This document shows, in pieces, positions 12,501 through 20,840 of a stretch of DNA of 27,809 nt. Numbering within the stretch: position 1 is the first letter of the stretch; every line of letters starts with the position of its first letter. The DNA is from Vitrella brassicaformis CCMP3155 (taxonomy: Eukaryota; Protista; Chromerida), in assembly GCA_001179505.1 (NCBI GenBank), contig CDMY01000716.1, positions 1-27,809 of the forward strand, read 5' to 3'. Under the pieces are notes generated by a model. It saw nothing but the letters and a program-made list of their open reading frames with translations. It did not search any database and had not been told where the DNA came from. The translations under genes and the position numbers were made by a program.

Positions 12501-12585
12501 TGGCGTCCATGTAGTTGCAGGGGGGAGATGGCGAGGGGGAGCTGACGGCCCGCGACACTCGGCCATCATAGGCTCGGCCATACAT
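9576..12585 (-). CDS. Protein kinase, TKL-like (HRDLKSxN), ~751 aa, long low-complexity N-terminal region
   Basis: Exons (minus): 12585-12225, 12144-11732, 11649-11401, 11311-10954, 10868-10612, 10516-10436, 10360-10222, 10141-10036, 9964-9827, 9729-9576. Total 2256 nt, all GT-AG, phases consistent. Motifs: EAGGQGVV (Gly loop), VAVK, REVRFL (alphaC Glu), VVLEWCEGGSLFDFLH (hinge), HRDLKSCNVLL, VVDFGLA, STPAWEDP, DQYAFG, LIEDC...RLRFEQII. The last exon is less certain, since read-through would stop at TAG 9816-9814. Confidence 0.9.
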
Positions 12586-13426
12586 CCTTCCTTACCGGAC
12601 GGACGGACCGACGGACACACCGACAAACGACAAGACACGCACACACCTGCAGACACGCAAGCAACCCAACCACAGACAGTCAGACACACAGTGAGACACG
12701 CCTGACTCACACCCTCCTCCCCGCTTCAGCCCTCCCGTCCCCCCCCTGCCCGTGTGTGTGCCCTCGGTGTGCGTACCTTTCGTTGTGCCTTGTCAGTCGG
12801 CACACGAAGCTAGGCTAGACAGACAGACACGCTGTCGTGTCTTGAGGAGCGAGGTGCGACACACCCACCCTCTCGGTCGTTGTCGCGCTAGTCACTGTGG
12901 CGAGCGGGTGGGCGGCAGGTAGACACTCCAACCAGACTGGCTAACGCAGGCAGGAGTAGGTGTACGTCAAAGAGGTGAAGCGGAGGCCGGCTTGTCGAGT
13001 TATCAGCACAGGTATTCTGTGAAGCTGGATTCAGGTAGTAGGTGTGGCTGATTTCCCTGCGCGGCTTTCCTGTCCCGAGTGCGAGCTTGGAGTGGATCGC
13101 GAGGCAGCTCGCAGTGCAAAACTTAGCCCTGCGTTTTCCTGTGTTTTGATCCCCCTGTTTCCCTCTCGGTGCTCGTGTTGCGACTGAGAGTTTTCGCTCG
13201 GTTGGAGTGTGGTGCGCTGGGCGCCTGTCTGCGACACAACGTGTGGCCTGGAGACCCCTGCGCCCCAGTGAAGTTCGGCATTTGATTCAAGACAGCACAC
13301 CCGTGTACATAGCGTCACCTCCCCTACCGAAGGGGTGCCCCTTTGCCCCCTTGACCTGCAACTGCAGCCGACAGACCGAACCGGAAGCCACAGCGGTCAA
13401 CCGCACTCGTGTGCGTGACTGGCAGC
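12586..13426. promoter_or_regulatory. Divergent intergenic region (putative bidirectional promoter and 5' UTRs) between the kinase and the multi-AP2 gene
   Basis: The start codons at 12585 (-) and 13427 (+) face away from each other, 841 nt apart. A possible non-coding 5'-UTR exon of the kinase lies at 12809-12777 (minus: CTAG|...AAAG|GTACGC). No promoter element was identified directly. Confidence 0.5.
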
Positions 13427-16400
13427 ATGGACGTGCCCAGTGGCATGCCCGATGAGGACCTCAAGGCCAAGCTCACTCAGGTGACCAATTTGAGCAAGTT
13501 TCGCGCAAGTCGATCCCGTGCGAGCGAGGGCGAAAGTTTGTTCCGTCCTGTGCTTGTCAGTTGGGCATCACTGAGAGGGATTGGATGGACGCCACCCTCG
13601 AGCAGAAGCTGACAACGCTGGATTTGGTGGCGAAATTCAAACAACGTCTGGAGCCACCTGCACCCACCGGTGCCGCTGGTACGGACGTAGCTAGGAAACA
13701 CTGCACACGCGACACGCACACGTGCACCTGGATGTGCGCTCACGCACGAGGGAGGGACGGGGAGTGAGGAATCTGTGAGTTGCGTCGGAGTGCGAGTGCT
13801 TGGCTAGCCTAGCCAGGAGTGTGTGTGTGCCATTGCTGTGTAGCAATGGGGTCGTGGCCAGTGCAGGTGTGCGTGCGGGTGTGAATGCTCTCCCTCTCTG
13901 CTGTGTGTGCCTTGCAGGCCCGTCCGCACCTCCGTTGACTGAGATGGGCGGCATGGCAGGTGAGGCGGACGCCCGAGCACCCACAACCACACACACACAC
14001 ACACACGTGATTGTGCGTGTCTCATGCCCGTGTGTGTGTGCAGGAGACCTGCCTGCGCCAGGGTCGTTGGGGAAGCGTGACGAGGACACTCTGTCGATCC
14101 AGGAGGCCAGCAAGGTGGCCCTCTCACTGCTGGCCAAACTCAAGGACCACATCACTGAGAAGGTACGGCTCCTGCTGGGCGAGTGTGTGATCCGGGGTCA
14201 CTGATGTGTGTGTGTGTTGTGTGCAGGTGCGTCAGGCCAAGCAGGTGGCCGAGGACCCCAGCTCGATACAAGACGTTCCTACACTCGAGGCACTCGGTAG
14301 GCGCAGAAAAGCCATACCACACAGGGAGGATGTGTTGATTGACACGTGTGTGTGTGTGTGTGTGTGCAGGTGTGACGTGGGACCGGTCTGACTGCGCCTT
14401 CAAGGCATCCATGTTCAAAGGACGCAAGAAGGTCAGTCAGTCAGTCCCTCACACACTCACAACTTGCTTATGAGGATGGATCCACATGTGTGGTGGTTGC
14501 AGATTCAGTGTGCAAGCAAGGCGTACCCGCGCTACCTCAACCCCGACTGCATCTTCGCCGCGCTCAAGCTAGCACTCCACATGAAGTGCAACCTCGCCGA
14601 CGAGTAAGCGACCGACCCCACCCCACACTACATCAATGTTGACCTGTGTGTGTGTGTGTGTCATGTGTGGTGTGTCTGTCAGGTTGGGTGTGTGTACGTT
14701 TCTGCACGTCAATGACATCGATGCGATGCTGGAACCCATGACACTCGGCATGACGCAGCAGACGGGAGCCGGTACGCAACACACACACACACACACACGC
14801 TCACACACACACACCTCAATGCCTCCCCTCCTCGTGTGTTTGTGTGTGTGTGTGCTTAGGTGACCTGGTTGGCGACTCGTTCAGCATGGCCAGCAGCCGG
14901 CCGGCCGCGGGCGACAAATCCCCATTGCCGGTAAGGGCTTGAACACCATCGCACCGCAAGGCACCCACCATCCATTCATCTACTGCTTCCACACGTTGTG
15001 TGTTCATCTGTGTCGTGTATCAGAAGTTGGTCATCGAGGATGTGAATCAGGAGTTGACGGGCCAGGACGCCCACCGTGTGGCCCACACACTCCTCACCAT
15101 ACTCAGACGCATCAAGGCCGCACAAGACGCTCTCACACCCACCGTATGCCATACAACACAACACACCTTCCCCCCTCTCCCCCACCACACAAGTGTCCCT
15201 GGCGGCTGTGTGTGTGTGGGCAGGTTGTTGGTGGTGTGGTGGGCAAGAAGTTGGAGCCGGTGGGCATAGCGTGGTACCCGCAGCACCTGGCCTTCGTCCC
15301 GCAGTTCCTCACCGTCCAGCGGGAGATGCACTACAAACACCCCATCAAACCGCACGATCTCAGCGTTGCCGGTAATTGCTCACACACACTCATTCATTCG
15401 CAATGGTGACACATGTGTGTGCGTGTGTGTCTGCGCGTGTGAATTCTGTGTGCAGGTCTGATTGACGCGCTCAGCCGCGCCATCGTCGAGCGCAACATGC
15501 TGGCGGCTGAGCTCAAGGTGAGCCAGGCGCCACTTCACCACACCAACGGCACTACACAAGCCCGTGTGTGACTCCCTCTCTCTCTCTTTTCACCCTCCCA
15601 TCTGTCTGTCTGTGCAGTACGAGAGTCGTGTGAACCCCGAGGCTGCCAAGGCGGTGGAGGCCACCTTCATGCGCATGATGGCTCAGAAGCACGCAGCCGC
15701 ACCCGTGGCCAAGACCACCATCAAAACCACAAAGGTAAGGTACCCACACCCCCCCGCCCGTCTGCCCGCTCGCCACTCGCCACTCGCACTGAGCCATTGA
15801 TGTGTCACGTGTATGTGTAGGAGGAAGAGTTGACTGACGAGGAGTGGCATGGCGACGAAGAGACCGCGGGCCGCAAGCGCCCCAGGCCCAAGCACCTCAG
15901 GGACACCACTGGCAGTGGGGGCCAGGGCGGGTCGCTGGCCGCATCATTGGCCAAGAAAAAGAAGACCAAGGCCATGACGCTCCAGGTCATGACGCAGCAG
16001 CAACGGGATGGCCTCGGTGAGTTGCTGGGGCGGGCAGGGGGGAGGGAGGGGGAACAAGACACACACAACGGGGAGGATAGATGGATATATATGTGTGTGT
16101 GTGTGTGTGTGTGTCAGCTTCAATAGATGAGGGCGACTTGTTGGCGGAGAGTCTGCTCATTCAGCTCAGACGGTGGCTGCGGGCGACAGGGGAGAGCAAA
16201 AAAGGTCGGCCTGACCGCACCCACTAACCACACAGGCAGAGTGTGTCACACTCAGCACCTCATGCCCATGTGTGTGTTCCCTCTCTGCTTGTATGCGTCC
16301 TTCACACGACAGGTCAGTTTGGACTGTATTGGCAGCGAGGCGTCAAGGGCTTCTCCACTGCCTTCCGTATGGGCGACAAGCTGACCACGTCCGACCCCCA

Positions 16401-19400
16401 GTCGCCCCCCGACCTCAGCGAGATCAACATACGGATCGCACTCAAGTCAGTCTCACACAAAATGAGTGGATAACGTGGCGCGTGTGTGACTGATTGGGTG
16501 GCTGTCTGTGTGTCTGTGTGTCTGTGTGTCTGTCTGCAGGAATGCCATCCTCGAGCGCAACATTTTGGCCCAGGGTCTGCCCAACAAGTCGTTCATCCAC
16601 CCGGATTGTGTCGACCAGGTGCGATCCACACACACTCGTGAACACCCTCAACTCACACAGATATCTACTCACGGATGTCACCATGCCATGTGTGTTCTAC
16701 GCCACTGCAGTTGTCGGGTGCGGTGGAGGTGACTCGCGAGCAGTTTCTTCTGCGCGAGATGAATGCCAGCATGGGCATCTCAGACGTGTCCGGCACCAGC
16801 AACCCGCCATCCCCTGCCATGCCAGCACTCATGCAGCCCAGCCAGAAGGCCGCAGCCAAGACGCGCACCAGCTCGCGGATGCCGCGGTCCACCACGCGAC
16901 ATGCCACCGTCATGCTCAACGCCGTCATGGCCCACTACCAGGAGAACTTCCACCCACACGACCCGCTGCGCATCCACTGGGACCCCACCTCACAGGCAAG
17001 GATACATACGTGGGTGTCTGTCAGGGGTCAGACCTGACGTGGTCATTGGTGCTGTATGTATGGTGTTGTCGTGTGTTGTGTTGTGTTGTGTGCAGGGTTA
17101 CCTTGTGGGCCCTGTTGATGATCCTGAGAACGAGGCGTTGCTGTTCACACCCAACGACGACGGAGACAAAAGCAGCCTAGAGGTGCGTTCGTGGGTGGGT
17201 CGGTGGCCTGACCACCCGTCTGACCACCATCAATGTGCTCAAATCACTCTGTGTGTGTGTGTGTGTGTGTTCAGGAGGCTTTGATCGATGCGTTGCGTGC
17301 GGCGGGTGCGCCGGCCGGTCTGCTGGACATCTTCCACAACGGGGTGCTCGACGACCTGCTGGCCGAGCCCGTCGCGGTCAAAGAGGAGGAGGAGGGCGGA
17401 AGGCGCGGCAGAGTCAAAAAGTAACCTTATCCCTCACACACAGACACACAGAGACACACACAGACAGACGGCAGGAGTAAGGAAACCGGTGTGTGTGGTT
17501 GTGTGTTTGGTTGGCATGGCAGGCACACGCCGGCGACAGGCAGCCGTGGCAAGTACGGTGCTGGGACGACCAGCGTGCACGTGCCCGTCATGGCCGGCCG
17601 GGACTACAACAGCCACGCCTCTGCTTCCGCTACTGCTGCTGCCGCCAGTGAGTTGCCTGCATCAAGTAGGGTCAGGGAGGGATGCATTGGTTTGTCGATC
17701 TGTGTGTGTGCAGGTCGTTCGTCCAACGCCCCTGTGCCAGCGCCGTCCCACGACCGGGCGTACTGGAGCCAAGACTACGAACTCACACTCACTGGTACAC
17801 ACAGAGACACTGACAGACAGAGAGAGGGAGGGAGGTGAACGGGATACGCGAGAACAACCTGTCTGTCTGTCTGTCTGCCTGTCTGTCTATGATCAGAGAC
17901 GATTCGTCACGCCAACGTGTTGCTGGACCAGCTGCGTTACACCAACGACATGCCCAAGAAGAGCCTCCCGCAGCGGTCCACCGGGGTGGGCGGCGGGGCC
18001 ATACCCGGACTGGGCATCTACTGGTCCAGGAACGAATCGGCATACAAGGTACACACACACACAGGGAGGCAGGGAGGAATGTGAGTGATGTGGACTGAGT
18101 GCGTGTGCGTGTGGTGTGGTGTCCATTGGTCTGGTGGTTTGCATTGCAGACGGTGTTTTTCCGTAGCGGCAAGCACTACTGGGGCAAGACGCTCTACGTC
18201 CGCCCTCCCTCGCCAAAGGCACTGCTCGAAGCTCTCGAGGTAAGCAGGTGCACATTGCTTTGCCACACGCATCCACATACACGGGCGGTGTGCACACGGA
18301 TTTGTGTGTGTGTGTGGGCTAACTAAGGTCGCTGTTGACTGCCGGAACGAGCTGGCCCGCAACGTCGGCATTGACCACTGCATCTCATTCGAAATCTGCG
18401 AAAAGTACTGACTTACGCCCAACAGAGGCAGCAGCCACAGATGAAGCGGAGGCACATCACGTGTGTTGTGTATGTGTGGGGTGGGTCGTTTCGTTCTTTG
18501 CTCAGGTACGGTGTTCCTCCCGACCCCTTCAAGATGCAGCAGAGGAACCGCATGAGAGCCAAACCCAAAGCCAAAGACAAAGACAAAGACACACCTGGTA
18601 GGGTACCTACCTGCACACAGCATCGCACAGCAGACAATGCACAGCTCAAACAAACGTTAACTGTGCTGTGTGCTGCCTCTGTTTTGTTTCTCTCTCTCTC
18701 TGTCATCAGCGATCATTGTCCCCAGTGCGGCCAAGAAACGCGCCGCTGCCAAGGCAGAGAAGGCAAAGGAGCCCGGTAAAGTAGATAAGAAGATGACTAC
18801 ACAAGACGAGACTATAGACGCCACATCAAACCAAACCACACCGCATACATACACACCGAACGTGTGTTTCTCTCTCTCAGAGGAGGAGGAGTTGAAGGAG
18901 GCCAAGGGTGAGCACACGACGGTGGCCCAGGGCTTCCTCCTGCAGATGCGCATCGCGCTGCGGCTGGAGCGGCCCAACGCACGCTCAAACCTTGGCATCT
19001 TCTGGCGACCCGACGAGGGGTTCGTCACGGCCTTCAAGGTCGACGACAAGGAGGCAGTGGGCAACACCTACCCACCCAAGAAACCCATCACCAGTAGGAG
19101 AACAGAAAGGAAACGGGGGTCTGGCCTGCACGTGTGTGGTTCGTCCAAATGTGTGTGTGGCATGATCTGATTGTGTCAGTTCGTTCGCTGCGCAAGGCTT
19201 TGCGTGAGTCCATCGACGAGCGCAATCGGCTGGCCGAGAGCGTGCAGTCGTCTTCGAGACTCAACCCTGCCGTGGTCGAACAACTCAGCTCTGACACTCA
19301 GGTGCCTACACACAACCACACACACACACACACACAGACGGAGAACAATCTTCTTTCTCTGTGTGTGATGGATGAACATTCATGAATCAGGATTTGGGCA

Positions 19401-20840
19401 AGGGTGCGAGCATCAAGCACATCCCGCTGCTGAAGGTGTGTCTGGACCCCTCCAGTGGCACCAGTGCCGACGGCGAGTCAGCAGACGGATCCACAATGAA
19501 AACTGAAGACGGTACAGACCACACACACACACACCCATACACAGGACTAGAAACACATAGATATCTCTCTGTGTCTTTCTTCGACTCTGAACACAACACA
19601 ACATACGTGCAGATTCGCTGACGTTGTCAGCTTTGCGTTTGCTCGAGGAGGTCCGTGGCGAGTGGAAGCGGCATCTCAAGGCACAGATGGCGCCCACTGC
19701 CGACGCTGCAGCTCTCCCCCCCACTCCACACGTGCCCCTGGGGGTGGACTGGGACGTCAAGGAGCTCTCCTTCGTCGTCGACGGACACCACAAGCCGCAC
19801 AGCGCCGCGGCGCTACTCGGTGCACAGCCAAGCGACCGGCCCACCCACCCTCTCATCAAGCCGCCCACCCTGACCAAGGAGGGCGTCCAGGCGGCCTTGC
19901 GTGAGGCGTTGCGTGCCAAGCATGTGCCCGAGCACATCTTCGAGCGTGCGTTGGAGGCCTACAAGAAGCGGTGGGGCAGCCAGGAGTCACCGAGTGGCGG
20001 CATAGCGGCAGCACCTGCTGGGCCCGCTGCTGGTGCTGGTACTGCCGGAGGGTCGCCGGGGAGCCGACGGGAGGGCAACGGGGCCAGCTCGGATGCTACG
20101 CAGGTACATGTATCTAGCCACGGACAAAGAGGTGTCGGTCGGGGCGCTAGTGCACTGCACGTGTGTGTGTGGTTTGTGTGTGGTCACTTGGTTCAGGTGG
20201 GTGATATGATGGGCGGCATGCATGCCGGCAGCGACACCATCACCGTCAAGCAGGAGATGCCGGACAACGTCCAGCAGGGTAACAAGATGCACACACACCA
20301 CACCAGCCGACACACATCCTATCCACGGCTGCCCTGCTCTGTGCGTGTGTGTGTATGTATGTGTGTGTGTTGGTTCAGACCCCAGTGTGATGCCGATGCC
20401 AGGGCCGGGTCAGCCCCAGCCACCGGCGGTGTTCCACCACCCGCCCCCACCATTCTACCCTCCACACTTCCACAGCGGCGCTCCTCCACCCATGCCATTC
20501 CAGACTCTCTACCAGACCGCTCCACCACCTGGTAGGGTGGGTGACACATTCATCCACTCATACACACACAGAGAGAGAGCTGACGGCGCCGTTTCTCATC
20601 TCTCTTGGCTCTGTATGTGTGTGTATGTTTGCAACAGGCATCCACTCGCCGGCTCATGCGTTTGCGGCAGCAGCAGCTGCAGGGTACGCCCCGGTGCCGG
20701 CCTGGCCGCCGCCCTTCGGTGCTGGCGGTGCGGCCATGGGGTACCCCTCACGGATGCCCCACATGCCGCCCATCAAGATGGAGGGATTCGTCGCACCCGG
20801 CGCGCCCCCCTCCTCGACCACGCAAGGCCAGCAGATGTGA
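13427..20840 (+). CDS. Multi-AP2-like-domain protein (putative ApiAP2-related DNA-binding protein), 34 exons, ~1417 aa, seven helix+AP2-like modules
   Basis: Exons: 13427-13480, 13561-13678, 13918-13959, 14044-14162, 14227-14296, 14370-14431, 14503-14603, 14683-14771, 14860-14930, 15024-15143, 15224-15371, 15456-15517, 15618-15734, 15821-16016, 16118-16204, 16313-16445, 16540-16618, 16711-16995, 17096-17182, 17275-17420, 17523-17647, 17714-17794, 17897-18048, 18150-18239, 18328-18404, 18506-18597, 18710-18775, 18881-19093, 19180-19301, 19391-19511, 19613-20103, 20197-20278, 20379-20531, 20638-20840. Total 4254 nt, open from MDVPSGMPDE to GQQM-stop with every phase consistent. Seven copies of G[VIL]xW-x4/5-[AGS][FY] followed by an AL..A[IVL]..RN-type helix match AP2 spacing. 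Basic NLS-like runs and a Pro-rich C-terminus are present. Gene structure is high confidence; the AP2 assignment is by motif recognition only. Confidence 0.8.
14091..14690 (+). other. AP2-like module 1 of 7
   Basis: Spliced translation LSIQEASKVALSLLAKLKDHI...EAL-GVTWDRSDCAFKASMFKGRKKIQCASKAYPRYLNPDCIFAALKLALHMKCNLADEL. Basic beta region, close to the AP2 pattern GVxWDKxxxxWxA...GK...A..LA. Confidence 0.7.
15054..15517 (+). other. AP2-like module 2 of 7
   Basis: LTGQDAHRVAHTLLTILRRIK...EPV-GIAWYPQHLAFVPQFLTVQREMHYKHPIKPHDLSVAGLIDALSRAIVERNMLAAELK. Confidence 0.7.
16118..16580 (+). other. AP2-like module 3 of 7
   Basis: SIDEGDLLAESLLIQLRRWL...GQF-GLYWQRGVKGFSTAFRMGDKLTTSDPQSPPDLSEINIRIALKNAILERNILAQGL. 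Confidence 0.7.
16898..17304 (+). other. AP2-like module 4 of 7 (degenerate, acidic)
   Basis: RHATVMLNAVMAHY...DPL-RIHWDPTSQ|GYLVGPVDDPENEALLFTPNDDGDKSSLE|EALIDALRAAG. Lacks the first Gly and the terminal RN. Confidence 0.5.
17780..18363 (+). other. AP2-like module 5 of 7
   Basis: LTLTGETIRHANVLLDQLRY...PGL-GIYWSRNESAYKTVFFRSGKHYWGKTLYVRPPSPKALLEALEVAVDCRNELARN. Confidence 0.72.
18890..19230 (+). other. AP2-like module 6 of 7
   Basis: EHTTVAQGFLLQMRIAL...SNL-GIFWRPDEGFVTAFKVDDKEAVGNTYPPKKPITIRSLRKALRESIDERNRLAES. Confidence 0.68.
19615..19923 (+). other. AP2-like module 7 of 7 (degenerate, with insertion)
   Basis: SLTLSALRLLEEVRGEWK...VPL-GVDWDVKELSFVVDGHHKPH(SAAALLGAQPSDRPTH)PLIKPPTLTKEGVQAALREALRAKH. 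Confidence 0.55.

Noticed and set aside
14091-14160. Resemblance of the pre-AP2 helix (KVALSLLAKLKD) to the first helix of the ACDC domain
   Set aside because: The spacing is off by one from my recollection of ACDC, the conserved Asp is missing and the remaining ACDC helices are absent. It is treated as a separate feature pending HHpred.
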